NCBI GenBank assembly: GCA_038087875.1
Contig: CM075981.1
Location: 47,368,001-47,432,000 of the forward strand
Source of the DNA: Malacoraja senta
Lineage: Eukaryota
Direction of reading: 5' to 3'
DNA length: 64,000 nt
A model generated the notes under the pieces. The model was not told the DNA's origin. It saw nothing but the letters and a program-made list of their open reading frames with translations, and made no database searches. The stretch's first letter is position 1. Each line of letters begins with the position of its first letter. Shown here in pieces: positions 24,808-38,060 of this stretch. Made by a program: the position numbers and the translations under genes.

Positions 24808-25742
24808 GAATGGATAAGGGAGAGCCAGTGGATGTGGTGTATCTGGACTTTCAAAAAGCCTTGGACAAGGTCCCACACAAAAGATTAGTGGGCAAAATTA
24901 GAGCACATGATATTGGGGGTAGGGTATTGACATGGATAGAGAACTGGTTGGCAGACAGGAAGCAAAGAGTAGAAATTAACGGGTCCTTTTCAGAATGGCA
25001 GGCGGTGACTAGTGGGATGCCACAAGGCACGGTGCTGGGACCGCAGTTGTTTACAATATTAATGATTTTGACAAGGTAATTAAATGTAACATCTCTAAGT
25101 TTGCGGATGACACAACGCTGGGTGGCAGTGTGAGCTGCGAGGAGGATGCTATGAGGCTGCAGGATGACTTGGATAGGTTGAGTGAGAGGGCAGAAGCATG
25201 GCAGATGCAGTATAATGTGGATAAATGTGAGGTTATTCACTTTGGTGGCAAATACAGGATGGCAGATTATTGTCTGAATGGTGTCAGATTAGAAGGGAAG
25301 GTGCAACAAGACCAGGGTGTGCTTATACATCAATCACTGAAAGTAAGCATGCAGGTACAGCAGGCAGTGAAGAAAGTTAATGGCATGTTGGCCTTCATTG
25401 CAAGAGGATTTCAGTTTAGGAGCAAGGAGGTCCTACTGCAGTTGTACAGGACCCTGGTGAGACTGCAACTGGAGTATTGTGTGCAGTTTTGGTCTCTTAA
25501 TTTGAGGAAGGGCATTATTGCTATTGAGGGAGTTCACCAGGTTAATTCCCAGGATAGCGGAACTGACATTTGATGAAAGAATGGGTCGACTGTGATTGTA
25601 TTCACTGGAATTTAGAAGGATGAAAAAAAAAAAATCTCGGAGGATTGGAAAGGGTAGATGCAGGAAAAATGTTCCCGATGTTGGTGGAGTCCAGAACCAG
25701 GGGTCACAGTTTAAGAATAAGGGGTAAGCCATTTAGGACTGA
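24808..25742 (+). mobile_element. CR1 LINE RT fragment
   Basis: YLDFQKALDKVPH, GMPQGTVLGP, KFADDT and LEYCVQFWS motifs. Confidence 0.93.
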
Positions 25743-26675
25743 CAGTCAATCATTTCGTGTATATGCTAACGTCTGTATAAGGTTTGGCTGTAAATCTACA
25801 TGTTCCTGAACCCTGGCCTTCCCAGCAGCAACTTCAGCTGTACACCGATTATTGATATTTGCCAGGATATGACATGAAATGCAATCTAGCTTATAGCAAC
25901 CAGGCACTGCAGAAGAGGGTTCTGGAACAATGTGCTATGTTTATCAACACTTCCAGTAATACACAACAAGCATGCAAATCTGCACCTGGTAAGTCAGCTG
26001 AAAGCAAGAACCACGTGCATTTTTGCATTGTATGTTTCTTAAATTAAACAGCCTAATTAATTTTATGGGACTCCATTATGTGCATTTTATCCATTTAAAT
26101 TTTATCCTTGAAACTTAAATATATTAGCATATAAATCATGTCATTATGAGCAAATATTAATGGGAGTTAAATTGGTGAGAATGACTATTCCTGCTGGTTT
26201 TAATCACTTGAAAATTGAAAAATAAATGTTTTCACATGAAAAACATTTATGGACTTAGATAATTATTAAAGAATCCTGACTTAATTTTTAAAGAGATTTG
26301 TATATCAATAAGCCCAAACTTATGTCGTGGATCTCAAACTATCTTTCATTCTTGGAAATACTTCGAAATAATATCCCACATTATGAATATTGCATTATGA
26401 AAATATTTATTTTTGGAGAGCGTCAGTTAGTTTGCTGCAAATTGTTTTGTTTTTAATGATATAATACAATGGGAACCCACTCTCATTTACTTTGAAACAG
26501 CTGAAGTGATTTTTAATAATAGTAGCTCCATGAGGAATCTTATTTCATGGATTCATTGATAAGTACCACTGCAGAATGTTTAGATGTTATATTTAAAACA
26601 TCTCTTAAAGGTGAACTACTTTGAACAATGTTAATTATAGTGACAATGCTGGAAACTAGGACCACGTATTGCAAA

Positions 26676-26955
26676 GTTTAGTTTAGAGATACAGCACGGA
26701 CACAGGCTCCAGCCGACTGGGTTCGCACACACTAGTACTATCCTACACACTAGGGACAATTTACAATATTTAGTGATGCCAATTAACCTACAAACCTGTG
26801 CTTCTTTGAAATGCGGGAGGAAACCGGAGCACCTGGGGAAACGTGGGCACGGGTCGAACGTATAAGCTCTATACAGACAGCACCTGTAGTCAGGATTGAA
26901 CCCAAGTCTCTGGCACTGTATGGCTGCAACTCTACCGCTGCACCACCATGCCACC
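26676..26955 (-). mobile_element. V-SINE
   Basis: Same family as 4152-4470 (A and B boxes, V-domain, tail). Confidence 0.85.
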
Positions 26956-27067
26956 TCAAAGTCAGGAGCGTATTGTTAAAAATGGCATTACCAATGAGGA
27001 AACAACGTATTCTGCTTTGTAATTTGAGTGGGTTTTGTTTTATTTTCGCACGCAACTTTATTCACAG

Positions 27068-27148
27068 TGGACAGGACATGGCAACTATTCTTCAACTTGT
27101 ACAGGACCTTATGCATGGAGAGGACGAGGAGGAATCACAGTCCATTCG
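27068..27148 (+). CDS. PDXDC1: PDXDC1 exon 4 (GQDMATILQLVQDLMHGEDEEESQSIR)
   Basis: cacAG acceptor, GTAAAC donor, 81 nt. Matches human GQDMVSILQLVQNLMHGDEDEEPQSPR. Confidence 0.95.
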
Positions 27149-27699
27149 GTAAACAGTAAAACTTTTATACTATATTTTCCATTGGACAAATTAGTTTATT
27201 TTCATGTATTTCAGCTGTGCATTTAAAGCATGTTATTATTTTGTGCCTGGAAATGGAGAGAAATTTTTAATTCTTTCAGCAAATGATTTGTAACGCTATA
27301 GGATTCTATATCAAATCCAATGAAATGCTATGCAATCACACAAATCTATTTGATGGCAAAATGTTGAACATTTGAAGCAGTCATTTTAAAGCAGAAAAAT
27401 CAACTTTTCACAATGGCAGACAGAAATTTGCATAAACCCTATTGCTTCTCTCATCACCTAAATGGTGTTGCAGAGTATGGTTCGATAGAAATTGGAACTT
27501 CATCAGTTTTGCCACATTAAGTGAAGGAAAATGCTTTTTATAGTCAAATATCTTTTAATGGAAAATAAATTGGGATGAATGGATGTAGTGATCACATTTA
27601 ACCAGCTTATCTAGGCGCTCTAGTTTGTGTGGATGATCACCACCAAATAAGTAGCACCATAATTTTAGTTAATCATAGAATAGCAATTGTGGAATTTGG

Positions 27700-27927
27700 T
27701 CATGTGGAATCAGTGGAATTCATTGCCACACACTGTTGCGGAGGCCAAGCCAATGGATATTTTTAAGGCGGATATTGACTGATTCTTGATTGGTAAGGGT
27801 GTCGGGGGTTATGGGGAGAAGGCAGGAGAATGGGTTTGAGAGGGAAAGATCGATCGGCCATGATTGAATGGCAGAGTAGACTTGATTGGCCGAATGGCCT
27901 AGTTCTGCTCCGAGAACTTATGAACAT
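27700..27927 (+). mobile_element. CR1 3' end
   Basis: WNSLP motif, GYGEKAG and the GGCCGAATGGCCT tail. Confidence 0.8.
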
Positions 27928-28504
27928 AACTGTGTTTACATTTTCTTAAATTTTAGATGGAAGTCTTGGTACAATAGAGGATTTTGACTGATATCCGTTT
28001 CTACTGCATCTATTTGTGCAGAAGGCTTTGCCAGTGTCTCAGAACATCTTAAGATAATTTCTGAAATATTCCAAGAGAGCTATGCGGAGAAAAACTAGTC
28101 TCAACTGGTTTATTCGATGTTTTGGCTTTAAACATGCAAAAAGATTCCAAAATTAATTTATAGAGGAATCAATGGAATTATGTATTTCTAGTGAACAGTG
28201 CAAGGAGTAAAATTCATAAGTTGCTGATCAGCACAGTCATTTAACACTGTTCGACCACAAGCACTTGATGTTGCTTCTAATACATCCCCAGTGAAGAAGA
28301 CAGGAGGAAAGGAAACTGCCCTTCAGGAAATAAATTCTGTCACATTTCAATGACCACCAATTTGAATATTTTTACATGGCGAACCTACATAAAGTCATTG
28401 TTTGCAGAATATATGTTACTCTCCAATTGCTAGTGTATTTTGATTGAACATATTTACAATGCAAGAATTTTTCGTATTAAAGTACGGATCTCTGTATTCA
28501 ATAG

Positions 28505-28651
28505 ATTACAGAATGTTGGTGAGCAAGGTCATATTTCGTTACTGGGACATAGTTTGGCAGCATATATTTCTGTGCTGGACAAAGAAAGATTACGAAAATT
28601 GACCACAAGGATATTGTCAGATACCACGCTCTGGCTATGCAGACTTTTCAG
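28505..28651 (+). CDS. PDXDC1: PDXDC1 exon 5 (LQNVGEQGHISLLGHSLAAYISVLDKERLRKLTTRILSDTTLWLCRLFR)
   Basis: AG acceptor, GTAAGT donor, 147 nt. Near-identical to the recalled human sequence. Confidence 0.97.
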
Positions 28652-29849
28652 GTAAGTTCTTCACATTGCAAAATTCAAAAAATTATGTACCGTCCTTGCT
28701 TATTAAGGTAATTAAATAGCAATGTGGTACAGCATGTTGCGTTCTTACACTCTGTCGCAAGGTGATAGTATTCAAGTTTATTTCTTTAAATTCTGCTGTT
28801 AGTCCTATTGTAAATAAAAATGCATTTTACCACTGAAATTTGAAAAATTAGTGCAACTTTCCTTGTGATCTACTGGAACAAATTGTTGTGAACTTTAAAC
28901 GTTCTCATACACTAACTTCTGGAGAATTCCCTTTTTTTGGTAAAATATGAGAAGTGTTTTCAAAGCATACTACACTATGTTCGTGAAACCAAAGTAAACA
29001 ACTTTGAATGTTAAGTTGTAAACACTGCGAAACAGTTACTTTTAGATTTCCAAGTTTTTTTTTGGAAAGTACACAAATACAATCCTCAAATTGGAACATT
29101 CTTTCTAAAGTTATACGCTTTTTATTTATTTTGTGTGCACTGAAACTAAATTAGTTGATTAAAGTGAGGATAACACAGATCAAATTAATTATCCCTTTGA
29201 TAATTGTCAGTTATATTTAGCTGTAAATCTACTTTGATGTCCACAGCTCATTTGAGTGCTATATGAAGATTTGCTGATATAAATCTGATCTTCCATGCAA
29301 AATATTGCTTCATTTCATTTGTCAGAATGCATTGATTTGTTTCACAAATTTTCAATATAGCTTTAAAAGAAAATTAATTTGTTTCGTAAGTGAATCTTTA
29401 TCATGTCAGATAAAGAGTTGTGATAATCCGTTGTTTTTTAAAATTTAAAACAGAAATCTGTATGAAACAATATAATAATGGTAGAGCTCCTTATGTAGTG
29501 TTAGCTGAGCAATTTCACAGGCTTTTAAAGTGATGGAAGACTTTTATAAGCCAATGTTGAAAAATAATTTAGCATTTCACTAAGAAAGAGGTAGCGAAAA
29601 ATGTAATAAAACCAAGAGTATATGTCATACCTCGTGGGTACCCTCACATCTTTTCCAGTTCTTACTGCAGCCTGCAAGAAAATCAGCCTGGAAACTTCAA
29701 TTTGGGACAGGATCTCTTTAAATAAAACAGATGTTCTCATTCACACTTTTGCATTAATAATTCATCTAGTGAGTGATCTCCGAGGCCCAGACACTTTTTA
29801 TCACAGCATCGTAAAATATCTTTCATCACTTCATACTAGTTTTATATTT

Positions 29850-30520
29850 ATTATTTTTTTATATATTTTTTTATTTTTAATGTTTATTTTATTAGAAGTT
29901 AATACAATACAAAACAATACGGTGGTACCTAAATTTAGGTGCCAACTATGTCATAACGTAATACATTCTATGTACAAACTCTAGTTTTATGTTTTTGAAA
30001 AGGAAGTTAAAAAAAAACAAAAAATAGAGAGAAGAAAAAGAGGAAAAATAGATAGTAGAAAATAGAAAAACGTGAAGTGTGTATATAAGAAAAGGAAAAG
30101 TAGAAAGTAGAGATAGTAGAAAAGGGCCCTTAAAAAAGAAATTTTCAAATCTTTGTTCGGAGATGTAAATCTATCCACGACCTGACCTGAAATCAGTAAT
30201 CGTTGCGGTACTGCTGCATCACATGATTCCAAAAAGTCGATGAAAGGGGACCAACTCCTTAAGAATTGGTTATATTTATCTATTAGGCGGAGTCTCATTT
30301 CTTCAAGGTGTGCTATGTCCGTCATATTCCTAATCCACATTTTAATAGTTGGTATTGCTGTATTTTTCCAAAATTTAAGTATCAATTTCTTTCCAATTAT
30401 TAACCCATAATTAAAGAATACTTTTTGGTCTTTGTTTAAATTGATATCTTCTACTATTATTCCAAATATAATCCATTCCGTATTAGGTTCTATTCTTGAC
30501 TTAAAGAGCTTTGTAAATAT
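29850..30520 (-). mobile_element. L1 LINE 3' end
   Basis: Minus ORF 29987-30385 (ILKFWK..PTIKMW..WSPFIDFL), then a 3' UTR and an A-rich tail. Confidence 0.85.
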
Positions 30521-31054
30521 ATCACTTCCTACTAGTTAATGGTCAATTGCATTACATGCAGAAGCCAAGACCGAGCATGATGTATGGAAGAAGCAAATGT
30601 CAAGAGCAGAGATGAATTGGACCAGGTTCCATTTATGTGATTTAGAATATGTATTAAAGCACTATTATTCATCATGTTTATAATACTTTGATTTTCTGCT
30701 ATTTAGAGTTAAATAATAAAGCCCTTATCCATTTAAGTGGAACAATAGTTGGTTGGAGAATAATTTATATTAAAAGTGCAATGTCATAAAAAATTGGAGT
30801 GTAATTACAGAATTTTAAACCGTTTGCAATATGATTATCGTCTGAGGATTTTATGCAGGAAGAACATTACAAATTGTGAATATCATCCCAGAGTATGCTT
30901 TGCAATTTTGAAATCTATATAATTGTGAAATATTTTTTAAATTGAAAATAGCAGATCTAACCATTCTTGTGAAGAGATTTAACTAGGAAGTGAAATTTGG
31001 TAGAGATGGATAACCAGGGATAATAGCAGAGAAGAATTGAAAGGGATGTCACTA

Positions 31055-31662
31055 CTTCCTTAGAGGGCTTGGGAAGTTCGGGCATGTCCCCAAAACTCTC
31101 ACCAACTCCTACAGGTGCGCCGTAGAAAGCATTTTATCGGGTTGCATCACAGCATGCTTTGGGAACATCTCCATCCAAGACTGCAAGAAATTACAGAGAA
31201 TTCTGGACGCCGCCCAGACTATTGCACAACCAATCCCCCCCCCCCGCTGACTCCATTCACACCTCACGCTGTCTCAGCCAGGCCACAAGCATAATCAAGG
31301 CACCAGCATAATCACCCTCATTGCCTCATCTTTCCTCGCCCATCAGTCAAGAAGTACAGAAGAGTGAGAACACACACCTCCCAGTTCAGGGATAGTTTCT
31401 CCTAGCTATTATCAGGCAACTGATCCATCCTATCAACAACTAGAGAGTGGCCTGAGCCAATATCTACCTCATTGGAGACACTTGGACTATCTTTAATCGG
31501 ACTTTACTGGACTTTACCTTGTATTAAACGTTATTCCCTTTATCATGTATATGTACACACTATGGATGGCTCGAATGTAATCATGTATAGTCCTTCTGCT
31601 AACTGGTTAGCATGCAACAAAAGCTTTCAATGTCCCTCAATACACATGACAATAAACTAAAC
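31055..31662 (+). mobile_element. Rex1/Babar-like LINE 3' fragment
   Basis: YRCAVESILSGCITACFGN..CKKLQRI motif, ending AATAAACTAAAC. Confidence 0.75.
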
Positions 31663-32250
31663 AAAGATGTAGTATTCTAATTTAAATGGAAATGGGAACT
31701 TAAATTACTGCTGCAAAGTATTAATGGTTGTTAGAAAAGATAGTGAGGAAATAGGTACAGGAGGGGAGGTGGGACATATTGATCAAGGATATATTACAAG
31801 TATTAAAAACTGAGTGCTGATGAGATCTGGAATAGACACCAAAATTGTATTTAATGGAAGCAGATACCGTTGCGAACTTTTAAAAGGAAACTGTCATGTA
31901 ACGTAGCTGATTCATTTGAAAAGCTGTTGGAGAAAAGACAGTGCAGAATTAAACCATACCAATCTATATAGAAGACTATCGACAAGCAAAGTATTCAAAA
32001 TGGTTTCCATCTGTTCTATAAAATAATAATTTTGTTACGTATCCCCCTGAGAGCAAGAATAATTCAAGGAGGTATCTTCTAGGTAATGCTACCAATCTGG
32101 TTTCCAAATTTGCCATTTGCCTTCATACATTTTGATGTGGGGGATAGTTTGAAACTTAGTAAGTGGGTGAGAATTCATCGTAGGCAGTTTGTTTGAGCTG
32201 TAATATTTAAAGTACACGATTGTGAATTAAAATCTATATTTGTTGTTCAG

Positions 32251-32439
32251 GTATGACAATGGGTCTGCCTATTATCATGAAGATGATCGGAAGGTGTGGT
32301 GAAAGTCTGCAAACTCATTATTCACTCAAATTATGAGGATTACGCAACAGAAGGTTTTAATGTCTTACAAAGAAAAATGCCCGTCCTCTATGTTAGTGCT
32401 GCCAGTAGAACCGGTCTGGGCCAGTATATCTGCAACCAG
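32251..32439 (+). CDS. PDXDC1: PDXDC1 exon 6 with apparent 1-nt deletion (YDNGSAYYHEDDR/[E]GVVKVCKLIIHSNYEDYATEGFNVLQRKMPVLYVSAASRTGLGQYICNQ)
   Basis: ttcAG acceptor, GTAAAC donor. Length is 189 nt where the flanking phases require 190. Homology switches frame at cggaaggt (32288-32295). Confidence 0.93.
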
Positions 32440-32936
32440 GTAAACATATCCACAATATTGTGCAAAATGATAATTCAAAGGAATTAATTTTGGTTTAGCA
32501 TGTAATTTAAATTAAATGTGAATAGACACAGTTGTGTATGAGGAACCATTCAGTGTAATGCCTTCTCTTCCTATTCATTATTGGAAACATACATGTTTCC
32601 ATTTCTGTATCTGAATATATTCTACCCTTTTCTGTAGACGAGCATAATGTAGGGAGCAATATGATTGTGACAATACACTTGCGTCAATACGGCCTCATGA
32701 AGCTACAAAAAAAAAAATACTCTGCAAGAATATACCTCAGGAAATATTTGCAGCAAATAACTTGGCTTGAATTTGGTGTATGGCAATACCTGATCTCCAA
32801 AAACTCCAAAATAATTTCAAATATAGTGATTTAGTAACAGAGCTAAACAAATGAAAAAACACAATTATATGCTAGAAACATTGAAATATTTGCACACGTA
32901 GTACAGCAAGAACTATAATTTGTATTTTAATGATTA

Positions 32937-35700
32937 CTAGAGCAAGTGCAGACACATTGGTCTGTTCCCGCAACGCGCAGTTGCGAGGGGAGGGGGCGGC
33001 CTGAGGCGTCACAGACACACTAACCAGCCTCACACAACACACACGCGCACCACGCGCACGCCGCGCGCACAAGCACACACACACACACACACACACATAC
33101 ACACACCCCCCCCCCATATTGATATTATATTAAGAAGGTAGGGAGGAGAGCGGTAGGGCCGCAGCCAGCAGTCCGGCAACCACCCCCATTGATATTATAA
33201 TAAGAAGGGAGGGTGGAGTGGGCGGGGCGTGATGCCGAGTGAGCCTGCGGGCCGCCAGCGAGGACGGCGAAAAGCAGCGGGGGGACCAGCCGATCTGTGC
33301 CCTTCCCACCAGCGTGTACGGGGAGGGGGGGGAGGGTGGACGTGGGCGGGCATGATGCCGAGTCAGCCTTCGGGCCAGGCGTACGGCGTCAAGACGCTGC
33401 ATACGACGTCGAGACGCTGCGTACGCCCTCAATGCGTCCTGCGGGCCGACAGGCCGTTGAGCGCGCGGGATTTGCGGACAGTGCAAAGCCTGCGGGCCGC
33501 CAACGAAAAGCAACGGGGAACAGCCGATCTTTGCTTCCGACAGCGTGACAGGGCCGGGGGGGCGGGGGGGAGTGGAGAGAGCCGGGCGGCAGCAGCCGTT
33601 ATGGTCGTGCGGGGCACGCGATGAGAAGGTGGGGGGAAGGATTTTATTAAAAATGTGTACAGAAAAACGACTAAATTTAATGAGGAGTGAATGAGCGAAT
33701 ATAAAAGTAAAATCGCTAGCGAAATGGTAAAAATCTCTGCGTTTTGCGTCTGGTTTTGGCGGAGTAACGAATCAAAGGCAAAAAATATGACATACACCCA
33801 CACACCACCACCACAGTTTTAAAAGTATACTAGACCAAGTGCTGACCCGTTGGGTCTGGTCCCCGAAAGTGCTTGACACCCCAGGGTGTTGTTCCCGAAC
33901 GGTGCTTCAGACCNNNNNNNNNNNNNNNNNNNNNNNNNNNNNNNNNNNNNNNNNNNNNNNNNNNNNNNNNNNNNNNNNNNNNNNNNNNNNNNNNNNNNNN
34001 NNNNNNNNNNNNNNNNNNNNNNNNNNNNNNNNNNNNNNNNNNNNNNNNNNNNNNNNNNNNNNNNNNNNNNNNNNNNNNNNNNNNNNNNNNNNNNNNNNNN
34101 NNNNNNNNNNNNNTGACATCACACAATGGAATCTTTACTAACATTCTATGGCTGAGCTGTTTTTTTAAACATTTTGTAATATTTGTTGGGGGGGGGGGAG
34201 AAGTATTTTATTTTAAAAAGTGTACATAAACACGACCAAATTTAATCAGGAGTGGCTATTCGTAAAGATAAATGTTATCTCTTTAGAAATGGTAAAAAAT
34301 ATCGGCGTTTCCGCGCGCTGTGTGGGCCAGGGGCGGTATCAAAGGCGGCGTACGGACGTACAGACGTACAGACGTACAGACGTACGGCAGCCAGAGAGTT
34401 TTAAAAGTATACTAGACCAGTGCAGACCCGTTGGGTCTGGTCCCCGAAAGTGCTTGACACCCCGGGGTGTTGTTCCCGAACGTGCTTGAGACCCCGGGGT
34501 GAAAATCGTGGAAAAAAAAGATAGCGTCGTTTTCGGAAAAAATCGGAGAAAATCGGCGAAAAAAAGATGGCGTCGTTTTTTGGAGAAAATTGGCGAAAAA
34601 AAGATGGCGTCGTTTTCGGAGAAAATCGGAGACAATCACATGGGGGTGGGGGGGATGGATTTTATTAAAAAACGTGTACATAAACAGGACCGAATTAATC
34701 AGGAGTGGCTATTCGTAAAGATAAATGTCATCTCTTTGGAAATGGTAAAAAATATGGGCCTTTCCGCGCGCTGTGTGGGCCAGGGGCGGTATCAAAGGCG
34801 GCGTACGGACGTACAGACGTACAGACGTATAGACGGACGGCAGCCAGAGAGTTTTAAAAGTATACTAGACCAAGTGCAGACCCGTTGGGTCTGGTCCCCG
34901 AAAGTGCTTGACACCCTGGTGTTTTTCCCGAAGGTGCTTCAGACCCCTGGGTGAAAATCGGGGGGAAAAAGATGGCGTCGTTTTCAGGAAAAATCGGAGA
35001 AATCGGCGAAAAAAAGATGGCGTCGTTTTTGAGAAAATGGGAGAAAATCAAATTGGGGTTGGTGGGGGGATGGATGACACCCCGGGGTGTTGCTCCCGAA
35101 CGTGCTTCAGACCCCTGGGTGAAAATCTGCGAAAAAAAGATGGCGTCGTTTTTGGAAAAAATCGGGGAAAAAAAGATGGCGTCGTTTTCGGAGAAAATCG
35201 GAGACAATCGGAGAAAATCACATTGGGGTTGGGGGGGGGTGGATTTATTAAAAAACGTGTACATAAACAGGACAGAATTTAATCAGGAGTGGCTTTTTGT
35301 AAAGATAAATGTAATCTCTTTGGAAATGGTCAAAAATATGGGCGCGGGGCGGTGTCAAAGGCCGCGCGGCAAGCAGAACGTTGGACGTACAGCCGCACGG
35401 ACGGACGACAGCCACAGAGTTTTAAAAGTATACTAGACCAAGTGCAGACCCGTTGGGTCTGGTCCCCGAAAGTGCTTGACACCCCTGGGTGTTTTTCCCG
35501 AACGTGCTTCAGACCCCTGGGTGAAAATCGGGAAAAAAGATGGCGTCGTTTTCGGGAAAAATCGGAGAAAATCGGCGAAAAAAAGATGGCGTCGTTTTTG
35601 AGAAAATGGGAGAAAATCAAAGTGGGGTTGGTGGGGGGGTTGGATGACACCCCGGGGTGTTGTTCCCGAACGTGCTTCAGACCCCTGGGTGAAAATCGGA
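32937..35700 (-). mobile_element. Tandem head-to-tail array of non-autonomous Helitrons (at least 5 units)
   Basis: Each unit ends on the minus strand in the hairpin CAGACCCAACGGGTCTG (degenerate in the first unit), a short spacer and CTAG. CTAG sits at 32937, 33830, 34412, 34865 and 35433. Junctions read CTAG|TATACTTTTAAAACT. Confidence 0.8.
33914..34113. other. Assembly gap (200 N)
   Basis: Run of N inside the Helitron array. Confidence 1.
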
Positions 35701-35829
35701 CAAACAGTAAACATTCTTTTCTAAAAATAATACTTAAATGTTTTTCTGATATATCTTGCTTGTGAAATTGGAATGAGATTCCACATTTAAATTAAAAATA
35801 TATATTCCTGCAACTGGGCGAGAAATTCT

Positions 35830-38060
35830 GTACATGGGTAAAACTTTTATAACTAACCCAACAGCTAGAATATTAACAAATCAAAGGTTATCATCTAAAT
35901 TTAATTTATTTAGAGGTTGTAGACAAGGATGCCCGTTGTCTCCGTATTATTTGTGCTTGCTATTGAGCCACTTGCTGAAAGAGTTAGCACCCACTCGGAA
36001 ATACACGGGTATAACACTAATGACACAGTGAATAAAATTTCTCTATACGCAGATGATGTATTAATTTACATCACAAAACCAGAAACTAGTATTCCAAATT
36101 ATTAAATTTAATAACTCAATTTGGTTTACTCTCTGGATACAGAATTAATTGGAATAAAAGTGAAATTATGCCAATAAGGGAACATAATACACATATACTA
36201 CAACAATTCCCGTTTAAAATAGTAAATGAAAAATTTAAATATCCAGGAATTTATGTCACTAAGACCTATACATCATTATTTAAATCAAATTTTCCCCCTT
36301 TACTGAATAAACGACATAAGAATATTCAGTACTGGCAAACACTTCAATGGTTGGTAAATTAATGCCATAAAAATGATTTTTTTACCGCAAATATTATATC
36401 TTTTTCAAACAATTCCAATATACTTGCCAAAAAACTTTTTCAAAAAGTTGGATTCCATTATCATTGACTTTATCTGGGATTATAAGAATCATAGGATAAG
36501 CAAAAAACATTTGTGGAAATCAAAAATAAATGGAGGTTTAGTTCTACCAAATTTTTGTTTTATTTCTGGGCAGTTAACATTAAAAATATGAATTTTTGGT
36601 TGGAAGAAATAGATCAACAACCGGATTGGTTAAAAATGGAAAAGGAAGATTGTTTACCCTTTGAAATAGGCTCGATACTATTTGCTACTTCTAATTAAAC
36701 AAAAAAATTTATAGGGAAAATCCTATAATATATAGTGGTATGCGAATTTGGAAACAATTAAAAAAGACATTAAAATTGGATAATTTATCACTTTTACTTC
36801 CGATTGTGAATAACCCTTTATTTAAACCTTCTTGGTTGGATAAAGGCTTCATACAATGGAAAAATTATGGAATTAAAATGATGGGACAACTTTATAAGAA
36901 AGGCACATTTCTTCATTTCAGGAACTGCAACAGATTTATGGACTCCATTTAAATGATTTCTTCAGATATCTACAATTAGAAATTATGTTAAAGCAAATAC
37001 TCAAAACTTCAGAACTAGAGATTCAGAAATCCTTGATGACTGTTTGAATAAACATCCTAAACAGAAAAATTAATAACTCACATATACATACTTTATTAGA
37101 TAGTGAGATTCCATCGACGGACTTATATAGGCAAATATGGGAAAAGGAACTAAATCAAACAATAACGAAAGATACTTGGGAAGGTAAGTTTACAACACAT
37201 ACATCAATGTTCATTAAATGCCAGACACTCTCTAATACAATCCAAAGTACTACATAGATTACATTATTCTAAAACAAAACTAAATAGAATCTTCCCACAT
37301 ATCTCCCCTATTTGTGATAAATGTCACACATTTAGATGCTAACTTAACTCATACATTTGCGAATTGTATAAAAATTAAAAATTCTGGGCAAATATTTTTA
37401 GAATAATATCTATAGTTGTCAACACTCAATTGGATCCTGATTCAAAATTAATAATACTAGGAATATTAGAACAAAATCAAACGTTTACAACAACTCAAAG
37501 AAACTTTATTGATTATAGTATAATTACTGGGAAAAAATTATACTAAAAATTTGGAAAGGTCCTATAACCCCCACAATTAAAATGTGGATCATAGAAATGT
37601 CGGAGACCTTACATTTGGAAAGAATTAGATTTGTCCTAATGGACAAACAAGAATTATTTATCAGAACATGGTCTCCATTTATTGATTATCTGAAGGGTCA
37701 GACTGGTTCGACACGAGAACCTGACTAAAACCCGAGCTAAGGATTAGATGAAAAGTTATACTTTGAAATGTACGAATATATCTCTAATGATGTACTCTTA
37801 GTAAGTTATTCCATTCTTCTTTATTATCTTTTTTTTTTTCTTTCCCCTATTTTTCCTTCTTTTCTTTCTTTCCGCTACTTTCTTATTTTCTATCTATATA
37901 AAAAAAACTATTGGAGACAACACGGAATAACATTTGATAATATTAGTAATGTAGAAATGAGATACATGAAATGTTTACAATATGATATGTAGAAATGAGA
38001 TACATGAAATGTTTTCAATAAATATGTATTTGCCTCCAATAAAAAATATTATTCAAAAAA
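35830..38060 (+). mobile_element. L1 LINE, 5'-truncated ORF2 (RT, CCHC, 3' UTR)
   Basis: RGCRQGCPLSP, YADD (about 36046), INWNKS, CDKC..H..C and WSPFI motifs, AATAAA and an A-rich tail, with many frameshifts. Confidence 0.92.

Noticed and set aside
34400-35700. Regularly recurring conserved blocks resembling a CRISPR array, plus repetitive ORFs
   Set aside because: The context is eukaryotic, the spacers are related to each other, there are no cas genes, and Helitron termini explain the pattern.
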